A stretch of DNA of 64,000 nucleotides from positions 3,547-67,546 of the forward strand of contig CAKPHZ010000001.1 in NCBI GenBank assembly GCA_934162265.1, read 5' to 3'. Below, one piece after another: positions 41,404 to 50,689 of this stretch. Position numbers and translations under genes: made by a program. Source of the stretch: an uncultured Bacilli bacterium (lineage in GTDB: Bacteria; Bacillota_I; Bacilli_A; RF39; UBA660). The first letter of the stretch is position 1. Each line of letters starts with the position of its first letter. A model generated the notes under the pieces. It was given only the letters and a program-made list of their open reading frames with translations, ran no database searches and had not been told where the DNA came from.

Positions 41404-42293
41404 TATTCCTTACTCCTTGAACTTACTTCATAGGCATCACATGCTAGAAAGAAAATATTTGGATCTAATTCTTTTAATCCTTCTTTGACAATAAAGTATT
41501 GTCTTGTTGGTACTACACCTAGTAATAGTGTTTCTTTGGCATTCGTGTATCCTCCTCTAGCATTTACTAGAGTAACTCCTCCATCTGTTATGGATAGTAA
41601 AAAGCTTCTGACTTCTTCTTCATTTTTAGTTACAATATAGAACGCTTTACTTTGAGAAATTCCTAAAACTACTCTATCTGTCATAAAGCTAATAATATAT
41701 AGAACTAAAAATCCATATAATACAACTTCCCATGAAGAAACTAATAATCCTGATAATACAACTATGCCATCAGAAACCCACATTGCTTTTCCTAAGCTTA
41801 CTTTTGTATATTTGGCAACAATTTCACAAAGAATATCTGTTCCTCCAGTATTAAAATTGGTTTTAAAGATTAGCCCATAACCTAATCCTGATAAAACGCC
41901 TCCAAAAATTGCAATTACTAATAGTTCGACATCAGCAAAACGAATATAAGGAACTAGTGGTTCAGTTAAGGCAACAAAAATAGGAAATATTAAAGAACCT
42001 ACTATTGCGTTTCTGGTTTTCTTCCAACCTAATGTAAAATAACTTAATATTAATAAAAGAATATTAAATATCAAAATAAATAAAACACTTGGTATTCCGA
42101 AATGTTCTGCTACAATTGATAGACCTGATACACCGAAACAAACTATTCCATATTGTTTAAAAAAGACATTGAAAGCAAGTGCTACAATGAAACAACCTAA
42201 TGCTAATAAAAAATAACGTTTTACTAAATTCTTTTTTTCTACATTTTCTAATATTTTTTCAATCCTTTTTCTTCTTAATTTTTTAAAAAACAT
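41403..42293 (-). CDS. YitT family membrane protein (DUF161/DUF2179)
   Basis: Same architecture as the 40525-41403 gene; the two are tandem paralogs. Confidence 0.65.
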   Translation of the reverse strand: MFFKKLRRKRIEKILENVEKKNLVKRYFLLALGCFIVALAFNVFFKQYGIVCFGVSGLSIVAEHFGIPSVLFILIFNILLLILSYFTLGWKKTRNAIVGSLIFPIFVALTEPLVPYIRFADVELLVIAIFGGVLSGLGYGLIFKTNFNTGGTDILCEIVAKYTKVSLGKAMWVSDGIVVLSGLLVSSWEVVLYGFLVLYIISFMTDRVVLGISQSKAFYIVTKNEEEVRSFLLSITDGGVTLVNARGGYTNAKETLLLGVVPTRQYFIVKEGLKELDPNIFFLACDAYEVSSRSKE

Positions 42294-42297
42294 CTTA

Positions 42298-43387
42298 TCA
42301 CACCTTTAAACCAGATTTTATTAATTCTTCTAACTCCCCATCTAAAACTTTTTCTACATTACTTGTTTCATAGCCACTTTCATTATCTTTCACTAATGTA
42401 TATGGACACATTACATAACTTCTTTTTCCTGAACCAAAAGCTATTGCTTTTTGGCCTTTTTTCATCTCACTAATCTCAGCATTCTTTTTTTCTAATTCTA
42501 ATTGATATAATTTACTTCGAAGAATTTCTAAGCAATGCTCCTTATTTTGGATTTGGCTTCTTTCATTTTGGCATGTTACGACAATTCCTGTTGGTAAATG
42601 TGTTACACGTACTGCACTATCTGTTGTGTTTACCCCTTGTCCCCCTGGACCACTACTGCGATAAATATCAATTTTTAAATCTTTATCTTGAATATCTACT
42701 TCTACATTTTTATCAATTTCTGGAACTACTTCTACAGCTGCAAATGATGTATGCCTTCTTTTGTTTGCGTCAAATGGACTAATTCTAACTAGTCGGTGAA
42801 TGCCTTTTTCATGTTTTAAATATCCATAAGCATTTTTTCCTATGACTTTTAAACATACACTTTTGATCCCTACTTCTTCTCCAGATTGATAGTCTAATTG
42901 TTCTACTTTATAATGTTTCTTTTCAAAATATCTTTGATACATTCTAAGGAGCATATTTGCCCAATCACATGCCTCTGTTCCTCCTGCTCCTGAGTGAATT
43001 TCCATAATGCAATTATTTTTATCGTATTCTCCAGATAAATAAGTTTGTAACTTTAATTCTTCTAATGCTTTTTTATCTTCTTTTTGTTCTTCTTCGATTA
43101 AAATACTTAATTCACTGTCTTCTTCTGTTAATTCTTCTAATGTAGTTAAGTTATTTTCTATTCTTTTGGATAAATTTTGTATTGGTTCTACTACTGTTTT
43201 TAATTCATTTGTTTGAGTAATTTTTTGATTGGCTTCATTTTTATCTAGCCAAAAATCATCTTTTGATTGTTCTTGTATTAATTTTTTTAATTCGTCTTCC
43301 TTTTTTTCGTAGTCAAAGTGACCTCCTAATTTGTTCTAATTCTTGTTCTATTTCTTGATATGACTGTTTTAGTTCTTTTATTTCCAT
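42298..43387 (-). CDS. prfB: Peptide chain release factor 2, with a programmed +1 ribosomal frameshift
   Basis: The first 25 codons (MEIKELKQSYQEIEQELEQIRRSL) end at an in-frame TGA within the canonical site AGGAGG-TCA-CTT-TGA-C (internal Shine-Dalgarno, then CUU UGA C; minus strand about 43327-43311). The +1 frame continues into the track ORF 42298-43005, which carries the SGPGGQ (GGQ) motif. Confidence 0.85.
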
Positions 43388-43506
43388 TTCTACCACTTCC
43401 TTATTTTTATATTATATCGTAAAATAGCAAAAATTAAAAGTACTAATTTTTAAGAATTTATTGTAATTAAAAATGAAAAATGATATGATATTATTCGAGG
43501 TGAAGT

Positions 43507-43947
43507 ATGAAAAACAAGATAGTTTATATAGCCCTTGCTATATTTGTATTGATTATTGCAATATTATTAGTCAATTATGCTAATACACCAAAACCAGGAA
43601 GTTTTATTCAACTTGATTATAAAACTTTAACTAAAAAAGTTGAAAATAAAGATAGTTTTATTTTGGTTGCTAGTAAAAGCACTTGTTCACATTGTGCCAG
43701 TTATAAACCAAAGATTGAAACTATTGTAAAAGAATATGGAATTGATGTTTATTACATTGACTTTGATGATGAAGATGAGAATACACAAAAAGAATTTCTT
43801 GATAAATTTAATTTAGATGGTTCTACTCCTATTACTTTATTCTTTAAAAAAGGTAGTGAGGTAAGTGTATTAAATCGTATTGAAGGAGATTTATCTGAGG
43901 AGAAAGTTATTTCTACGTTTAAAAAGATGGGATTTATTGCGGATTAA
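43507..43947 (+). CDS. Membrane-anchored thioredoxin-fold protein with a CxxC motif
   Basis: N-terminal transmembrane or signal-anchor segment, then a thioredoxin-like fold with CSHC. Confidence 0.55.
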   Translation: MKNKIVYIALAIFVLIIAILLVNYANTPKPGSFIQLDYKTLTKKVENKDSFILVASKSTCSHCASYKPKIETIVKEYGIDVYYIDFDDEDENTQKEFLDKFNLDGSTPITLFFKKGSEVSVLNRIEGDLSEEKVISTFKKMGFIAD

Positions 43948-44012
43948 ATCTCATTTTTTTCTTGAAAAACTATTGTTTTTTTTTGATTTTTATTATATAA
44001 TGTATACATCAA

Positions 44013-44089
44013 GCGCCCATAGCCCAATTGGATAGAGCGTCTGGCTACGGACCAGAAGGTTTGGGGTTCGAATCCCTATGGGCGCACCA
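44013..44089 (+). tRNA. tRNA-Arg (anticodon ACG)
   Basis: Acceptor stem GCGCCCA/TGGGCGC, anticodon loop CTACGGA, T-loop TTCGAAT and an encoded CCA end. It is followed by a terminator. Confidence 0.85.
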
Positions 44090-44099
44090 TTAGATTATT

Positions 44100-44127
44100 A
44101 ACCCTTATTTTATAAGGGTTTTCTTAT
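44100..44127 (+). terminator. Rho-independent terminator
   Basis: aaccctta / taagggtt forms an 8-bp stem, followed by a T-rich tract. Confidence 0.6.
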
Positions 44128-44239
44128 ATTCAAATATTTTTTTTCCTTGTTTTTATGGGATTTATTAAGAGCAATTAAATAATTGTTCTTTTTTATTATG
44201 CATAAAAAAAGAAGTTTTTTTCACTTCTTTTTCAAAATT

Positions 44240-45700
44240 TTATATTAAAGACACTACCATTAAAACAATTAATATTAAAATTAATAATTCAACAATAAAT
44301 CTCCAAATATATTTTAACCAAGTTTTATATGGTACTTCTAAGTAAGATAATCCTGCGATTAGAAGAATACTTGTTGGTCCTACTAATTGAACTAATCCAT
44401 ATAAACTTTGGAACATAATTGCATATACGGATAAATTTGCTTTATCTGGTAATGCTGATACCATTGATGTAAATACACCTGCTGTTACATAGTAAGTGTC
44501 AACATTTAATAAACTTCCTAAAATGGTAATTAGAGAGTTAATGATTGCATTGTCACCAAAGCTCTTACTAGCATTTGTAATAATTGTTTCTACAAATCCA
44601 TTGTTGTAGCTACAAACTAATACACAATAGGCAAATCCTGCAAGCATTGCTCCTGGAAGCATTTTTTTCATTCCATATAAGAAACCATCCATAGCTTCTT
44701 CAAATTTAATTTTATAAATAAGCATTAAGATGAAAATAAATAATGTAATGAAGAAAATTGCCATCATGAAGTTTCCTAAATTTCCCCATGTACCAAATGC
44801 TGTAATGCTACTTGAAACAAGACTAGTAAATACTACATATTTTCCAATCTTTAGTCCTGTTAACCAAGTATGGAAATTATTAAAACATTTAATTCCAAAT
44901 AAATCAGACCATGGTAAATATCCTAATACTAATATTACTAATAATAATCCAAGTACAATACCTAAAGGCCATATAAGTATTTTCTTTGTTGAATTGTCTT
45001 TCTTTTCTTTCTTGTCTTTTTCTTTTGTTTCAATAAATAAGTTATCATGTTTTGTTAAATTATACTTTTCACCATTGTTTTTCTTAATATGATTAAGAAT
45101 TGTATAAATTAACAAAGTAACAGCTATTACTAATAGCAAAATCTTTGGAAATAAATTACTCCAATTACTTTTCAATCCAACTAATTTATCAAAAGTCGTA
45201 TAACTTGATGCATATTGATTGCTAGCATCTTTAAATGTTAAAAGAATACCTCCGATATATCCGACCAAAACACCACCAATTGTTGTAGATAATGCTACTA
45301 ATTTATCGTATCCAAGTAGTAAAATAATTGAAACTACAAATGGAACAAATAATAGTAAAATTGTATTTAATCCTGTTAATGATGCAAGTAAAGCAAATAC
45401 AATTGTCATTACAATTATAAATGTTTTTTCTTTTTCTTTGTTACTAATTTTAGTAGAAATTGCTTCTACCATTTTTTTGTAAGCAGGTACTTTATTCAAA
45501 AAGCCATAGAAACCACCTACTACTAAAATAAAGATAATTGTATCAAAGAAATAATAAAATGACTGTACATAATTAAGGAAGACATCTCCTAATGCTAAAT
45601 AGCTAATAGAACCTTGTCTGCCTTTAATGCAATAACTTGCAACAACTACAAGTAGTAGCAATATAGACAACACTTTAAATAATCCATATTTCTTTTTCAT
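44240..45700 (-). CDS. YfcC-family (AbgT/DcuC-like) putative transporter
   Basis: About 12 transmembrane helices. The N-terminal motif VVGGFYGFLNKVPAYKKMVEAI resembles the YfcC family. Confidence 0.5.
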   Translation of the reverse strand: MKKKYGLFKVLSILLLLVVVASYCIKGRQGSISYLALGDVFLNYVQSFYYFFDTIIFILVVGGFYGFLNKVPAYKKMVEAISTKISNKEKEKTFIIVMTIVFALLASLTGLNTILLLFVPFVVSIILLLGYDKLVALSTTIGGVLVGYIGGILLTFKDASNQYASSYTTFDKLVGLKSNWSNLFPKILLLVIAVTLLIYTILNHIKKNNGEKYNLTKHDNLFIETKEKDKKEKKDNSTKKILIWPLGIVLGLLLVILVLGYLPWSDLFGIKCFNNFHTWLTGLKIGKYVVFTSLVSSSITAFGTWGNLGNFMMAIFFITLFIFILMLIYKIKFEEAMDGFLYGMKKMLPGAMLAGFAYCVLVCSYNNGFVETIITNASKSFGDNAIINSLITILGSLLNVDTYYVTAGVFTSMVSALPDKANLSVYAIMFQSLYGLVQLVGPTSILLIAGLSYLEVPYKTWLKYIWRFIVELLILILIVLMVVSLI

Positions 45701-45839
45701 TTCTTAACCTCCAAATTCATTATAACACGAAATGCTTTAATTACTATATTTTTAGCCCATTGTTTACTTGATTTTTTCAAAATACTTCTCTTAATTTTAG
45801 ATAATTTATCTATTTATAGAAAAATTATAAATAAGTATT

Positions 45840-47822
45840 TTAATCTAATAAATCCATTTCTTCTAAATATTTCTTTAACTCTAAATATTCATCTTTTTTT
45901 TGGTTTAAAAAATCAAATAAATCTTGTTGAACTTTTACAATCATTTGATAATCTTGTTTTATATTAGCTAGTTTAAATAATGCATCACCACTTTGCCTTA
46001 TCCCAAATAAATCTCCTTGCCCTCTTGTTTTAAAATCATATTCACTGACTAAAAATCCATCATTTGTTTTCTCTAGAAAGGACAATCTTTCGCTGGGTTC
46101 ATTAGAAATTAAGATGCAATAACTTTGAATATCTCCTCTTCCTACTCTACCTCTTAGTTGATGAAGGGTGGATAATCCAAAGAGATTGGCTTGAAAAATG
46201 ACCATCATAGAGGCATTTGGTACATTCACCCCTACTTCGATTACTGTTGTGGAAATCAAAATAGAAATTTTTCCTTGTTCAAAATCGCTCATTACTTTTT
46301 CTTTTTCGGGAGCTTTCATTTTTCCATGTACCATTCCTATAGTGGCTATTTTTCCAAATGCTGATTTCATTTTTTGATGGATAATTTGAACATTATTTAA
46401 ACCTTCTTCTTCCTCAATTGATGGTGCTATAACATAGATTTGATGTTTTTTTAATAATTCTTCTTTCATCTTATATAAAACTTCTTTTATTTGTTTTTCC
46501 TGACGAAATATTGTTATAATTTCTTTTCTTCCTTTAGGTTTTGTTTTAATGCTTGAAATATCCATATCGCCATATAAAGTTAAAGCATAAGTTCTTGGGA
46601 TTGGGGTTGCACTCATTGATAATACATCTGGACTAATCCCTTTGTTTCTTAATAATTCTCTTTGCTTTACCCCAAAACGATGCTGTTCATCTGCAATAAT
46701 TAGACCTAAATTTGAAAAATGGAGATTATCTTGAATCAAAGATTGAGTTCCTATAATAAAATCTAGTTCGCCATTTTCTAATTTTTGATAAGTATTTTCT
46801 CTTTCTTTTTTAGAAACACTTGAAGTTAATAACCCTATATTTATTTTTATTTCTTTAAAAACTTCTTTGGCATTTTGATAATGTTGAACTGCTAGAATTT
46901 CTGTTGGTACCATTAGAGCTGTCTGGTGATTGGATAAAAAATTCATGTATGCGGCAAGAAAAGCTACAATTGTTTTTCCACTTCCTACGTCTCCTTGAAC
47001 AAAACGATTCATTCTTTTTTTGGTGGTTAAATCTTTAAAGATAGATTTTACGGTTTCCATTTGATCTTTAGTTAATTCAAATGGTAAAGTACTGATAAAG
47101 TTTTCTACTTCTTGATAAGAAATATTTCTCATCATTGCCTGTTCTTCTGTTTGTCTTCTCTTTTTTAAATACTGAATTTTTAATAAGTATAAAAAAATTT
47201 CTTCATATTTTAATCTTTGCTTTGCTTTTCTATAATTTAATGTGCTTGTTGGATTGTGCATTTCTTTTATTGCTATATTTTTGGGTAAAAATTGATATTT
47301 TTCTTGAATTACTTTTGGAATATAATCTTGAAGAGAGATATTTTGTTTTAGAACTTCTTGAATTGTAGTAGAGATCGTTTTTTTATTTAATCCTTCTGTT
47401 TGGAGATAGACTGGTTCTACTATTGTTTTTGCAGGTAATAATCCTATTCTTATTTCTTCTGCTGTAATGGTGTTTCTTTTTAAGTCAAACTTTCCTATTA
47501 CAATTACTTTGGTTCCTGGATATAATTCGTGACAAAGATATTCTTGATTGAATACACATACTTGATAAATATTAGTTGATGTTGAAATTCTAAATAATAA
47601 TCGTTTCATTCGATTAGAAGAAACTGTTATGGTTGGAGAATTTTCTACTACTCCATCAATTATTATTTTATCTTTATCTTTAGCATTTTTCATTTCACTT
47701 CTTCTTATTATATTGTATTTATAAGGATAATAGGTAATTAAATCTTCAATTGTATCAATTCCTAATTTATGAAAGAGAAGAATTTTTTTTGGTCCTAATC
47801 CTTTTACATCTGCTAACTCCAT
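45840..47822 (-). CDS. recG: ATP-dependent DNA helicase RecG
   Basis: N-terminal wedge domain, Walker A motif GDVGSGKT, a DEQHRFG box and helicase C-terminal motifs; 660 aa. Confidence 0.9.
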   Translation of the reverse strand: MELADVKGLGPKKILLFHKLGIDTIEDLITYYPYKYNIIRRSEMKNAKDKDKIIIDGVVENSPTITVSSNRMKRLLFRISTSTNIYQVCVFNQEYLCHELYPGTKVIVIGKFDLKRNTITAEEIRIGLLPAKTIVEPVYLQTEGLNKKTISTTIQEVLKQNISLQDYIPKVIQEKYQFLPKNIAIKEMHNPTSTLNYRKAKQRLKYEEIFLYLLKIQYLKKRRQTEEQAMMRNISYQEVENFISTLPFELTKDQMETVKSIFKDLTTKKRMNRFVQGDVGSGKTIVAFLAAYMNFLSNHQTALMVPTEILAVQHYQNAKEVFKEIKINIGLLTSSVSKKERENTYQKLENGELDFIIGTQSLIQDNLHFSNLGLIIADEQHRFGVKQRELLRNKGISPDVLSMSATPIPRTYALTLYGDMDISSIKTKPKGRKEIITIFRQEKQIKEVLYKMKEELLKKHQIYVIAPSIEEEEGLNNVQIIHQKMKSAFGKIATIGMVHGKMKAPEKEKVMSDFEQGKISILISTTVIEVGVNVPNASMMVIFQANLFGLSTLHQLRGRVGRGDIQSYCILISNEPSERLSFLEKTNDGFLVSEYDFKTRGQGDLFGIRQSGDALFKLANIKQDYQMIVKVQQDLFDFLNQKKDEYLELKKYLEEMDLLD

Positions 47823-47864
47823 TAAACTTCACCTTTTCTTATTTTAGTATACACTAAATTAGAT

Positions 47865-48419
47865 TTATTGGGTAGTCTCTCCTAAATAATCTTGATAATT
47901 TAATACTTCATTTTTTTTTGTTACAACAAAATAGATTTTTTCATCACATGATTCTCCTAAATATGAACCTCTGGGAACTTGGTCATACATTTTTACCATT
48001 GTATTACAAATATTTCCATACCAATAATCAATTTTGTCATTTCCTTCTATAATAATTGTATAGCCATATTTTTCTTTTTGTCCAGAGTATACTACGATTC
48101 CTTCTTGTAAGTTAGGAACTAAATAGTTTTTAGTTACTTTTAACACGGCTCCATCTTGATATGGTTTAATTTTTTGATAAATAAATTTTTCATTGAATAC
48201 ATAATTGGTTTGATAGCTTGTAATATTGGTCAGTGGAAATATTCCTCCTAGATAATGATTATAAAAATCTTTCATTAGGGAAAAATCTATATGATCTTGA
48301 TAAAGATATTTTTTTATTTTTTCTTTATATTGCTGATTTGTTTTAGATAAAATAGCTAAAACTAAGAAAATAATGCAGCAAATAAATAATTTCGTCAAAA
48401 ATTTATAAATTTTTTTCAT
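47865..48419 (-). CDS. Membrane-anchored protein with a degenerate LytM/M23-like domain
   Basis: N-terminal transmembrane helix. The C-terminus has a beta-rich, M23-like pattern (GIVVYSG...YGYTIIIEG...YWYGNI) but lacks the catalytic His residues. Confidence 0.35.
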   Translation of the reverse strand: MKKIYKFLTKLFICCIIFLVLAILSKTNQQYKEKIKKYLYQDHIDFSLMKDFYNHYLGGIFPLTNITSYQTNYVFNEKFIYQKIKPYQDGAVLKVTKNYLVPNLQEGIVVYSGQKEKYGYTIIIEGNDKIDYWYGNICNTMVKMYDQVPRGSYLGESCDEKIYFVVTKKNEVLNYQDYLGETTQ

Positions 48420-48484
48420 GGTATTCTCACCACTTTATTATATCGTTAAATTTTACAAAATATACTAATCATGTTATAATTTTT

Positions 48485-48799
48485 TTGGTGAAAAAGATGA
48501 AAAAATTTAATATGATTGATGAAGATTTTATTTGTGAAAATTGTTCTAATAAGGTAGAAAAACTAAACTATTCTGCTAGAGATCATTGTCCTTTTTGTCT
48601 ATATTCTAAGCATGTTGATATTAATCCAGGGGATCGTCTTAATCCTTGTCATGGTCTTTTAGCGCCAATTGGTGTAGAGAAATTTAAAAACACTTATAAA
48701 ATTATTTATAAGTGTGAAAAGTGTCATCAACTTCATAAAAATATTATGGCTCGTGATGATAATTATGATGAAATTGTTAAATTATCTACTAAGGGATAA
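48485..48799 (+). CDS. RNHCP-domain zinc-ribbon protein
   Basis: Cysteine pairs CENC and HCPFC with an RDHCP motif resembling RNHCP (PF12647), then CHG and CEKCHQ. Confidence 0.5.
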   Translation: MVKKMKKFNMIDEDFICENCSNKVEKLNYSARDHCPFCLYSKHVDINPGDRLNPCHGLLAPIGVEKFKNTYKIIYKCEKCHQLHKNIMARDDNYDEIVKLSTKG

Positions 48800-49408
48800 T
48801 TGCAAATTTTTAAAGAAATCATAAATATATGGCATAATTAATACAAATATTAGTAAGAGGAAAACAATAAATCCTGTTATTTTTACTTCAACGGGAATTT
48901 TAAATGTTTTCTTTTCTTTTCTCTCTTCCATAGTTGGTTCATATTCTACTCCACTTGAATAAGAAGATGATGTAGGAACATAAGATGTATTTAAATTTTG
49001 AGGATTGTTTGTTGGAATAAAACTATCCTCTTGATAACTTTGACTACTATATAAGTTACTAGGGGTTATATTTTGATTCTCGTATAAATTATCTTCTTTA
49101 AAATTCGAATTTGATATGTCGTTATAATTGGTTGGATTTTGGGGATTTTGATATGGGTTATTGGAACTTGCATAATAATTTTGTTTAATGGGTTTTTGAT
49201 TAGAATAATCTTTATAAAAATCATCAGAACCATTAAAAGAATCATCAAGATTTGGAGAAAAATTATTTTTTTGATTGACGTCTTTTATATTCATGCCAAT
49301 AGCACTATTCATATGTATCTGAGGATTTTCCATATCGATATTTAAATTTGTTGTAGCTCGATAAGTATTTTTAGGTTTACTATCTGTGTTTAATTCGTTC
49401 TCGTTCAT
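48782..49408 (-). CDS. Asn/Ser/Tyr/Gln-rich low-complexity protein with a C-terminal transmembrane anchor
   Basis: 208 aa with extreme N/S/Y/Q/P bias and a C-terminal hydrophobic helix ITGFIVFLLLIFVLIMPYIY. Confidence 0.4.
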   Translation of the reverse strand: MNENELNTDSKPKNTYRATTNLNIDMENPQIHMNSAIGMNIKDVNQKNNFSPNLDDSFNGSDDFYKDYSNQKPIKQNYYASSNNPYQNPQNPTNYNDISNSNFKEDNLYENQNITPSNLYSSQSYQEDSFIPTNNPQNLNTSYVPTSSSYSSGVEYEPTMEERKEKKTFKIPVEVKITGFIVFLLLIFVLIMPYIYDFFKNLQLSLSR

Positions 49409-49427
49409 AATGATTCCTTTCTAAAAT

Positions 49428-50621
49428 TTATTTATTATTGGCAAACATACTATTAATGTCAAATGGTTGTGAACCATTTGTAGTAAAAATTTGATTTCCT
49501 TGATTAGTAGTATTTTGAGCTGCTTGCTCCATTGGGGTTACTTCTGGAATTGGATTGATATTTTGTACTGGTTGTTCCATTGGGTTTATTTGTGGTACTG
49601 GATTAATGTTTTGTACTGGTTGCTCCATTGGATTTACTTCTGGAATTGGATTAATGTTTTGTACTGGTTGTTCCATTGGATTTACTTGTGGGACTGGATT
49701 AATATTTTGAATTGGCTGCTCCATTGGATTTATTTGTGGGACTGGATTAATGTTTTGTACTGGTTGTTCCATTGGACTTACTTGTGGGACTGGATTAATA
49801 TTTTGTACTGGTTGTTCCATTGGATTTATTTCTGGAATTGGACTAATATTTTGTACTGGTTGCTCCATTGGATTTATTTGTGGCACTGGATTGATATTTT
49901 GTACTGATTGCTCCATTGGATTTACTTCTGGAATTGGATTAATATTTTGTACTGGTTGTTCCATTGGATTTATTTGTGGGACTGGATTAATATTTTGTAC
50001 TGGTTGTTCCATTGGATTTATTTCTGGAATTGGATTAATATTTTGTACTGATTGTTCCATTGGATTTATTTGTGGGACTGGATTGATATTTTGTATTGAT
50101 TGTTCCATTGGATTTATTTGTGAGACTGGATTGATATTTTGTACTGATTGCTCCATTGGATTTACTTCTGGAATTGGATTAATATTTTGTACTGGTTGCT
50201 CCATTGGACTTACTTGTGGGACTGGATTAATATTTTGTACTGGTTGCTCCACTGAACTTACTTGTGGCACTGGATTAATATTTTGTACTGGTTGCTCCAT
50301 TGGATTAAGAGAACTGTTATCCATTCCATTATTTTGTGGTAATGGAGATATACTATTTAAACTATTCTCTCCCATATTATTATTTGTCATGTTATTTGAA
50401 TTTAACATGGTATTTAAAGTTACATTATTATCTTTAGTATGTTCAGTATTTTGGATAGTTTCTGAAAACTGAACAGGGGCAACAGTCTTTTTACTCTCCT
50501 TACTCTTTTCTTTTCCTTTACTTTTTGAATCTACTAAAACCCCAATTACAATTAAAATTAAAAGTATCAACACACCTAAAATCCAGATGTAATATTGTAA
50601 TAAAAAATCTATAAAACTCAT
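49428..50621 (-). CDS. Membrane-anchored proline-rich tandem-repeat protein
   Basis: N-terminal transmembrane helix, then about 17 tandem copies of a 16-residue unit (NPMEQPVQNINPVPQI and variants). Confidence 0.5.
   Translation of the reverse strand: MSFIDFLLQYYIWILGVLILLILIVIGVLVDSKSKGKEKSKESKKTVAPVQFSETIQNTEHTKDNNVTLNTMLNSNNMTNNNMGENSLNSISPLPQNNGMDNSSLNPMEQPVQNINPVPQVSSVEQPVQNINPVPQVSPMEQPVQNINPIPEVNPMEQSVQNINPVSQINPMEQSIQNINPVPQINPMEQSVQNINPIPEINPMEQPVQNINPVPQINPMEQPVQNINPIPEVNPMEQSVQNINPVPQINPMEQPVQNISPIPEINPMEQPVQNINPVPQVSPMEQPVQNINPVPQINPMEQPIQNINPVPQVNPMEQPVQNINPIPEVNPMEQPVQNINPVPQINPMEQPVQNINPIPEVTPMEQAAQNTTNQGNQIFTTNGSQPFDINSMFANNK
49500..50320. repeat. About 17 tandem copies of a 48-bp coding repeat
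   Basis: Near-identical 48-bp units (for example ttttgtactggttgttccattggatttacttgtgggactggattaata), in frame within the 49428-50621 CDS. Confidence 0.8.
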
Positions 50622-50689
50622 TATGATCCTCCTCTTTATTCTATTTATCTTCTATTAAGAGATTACCATAAAAGAGAAAAAAAGTAAAG

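Noticed and set aside
49500-50320. A regular 48-bp repeat array that could be mistaken for a CRISPR array.
   Set aside because: The units are contiguous with no unique spacers. The array is in frame within an ORF and no cas genes are nearby, so it is a coding tandem repeat.
49491-50472. Two plus-strand ORFs (138 and 240 aa) rich in W/C/L/F with striking periodicity.
   Set aside because: They are antisense or out-of-frame readings of the 48-bp tandem repeats inside the proline-rich gene. The periodicity comes from the repeat, not from a real gene.
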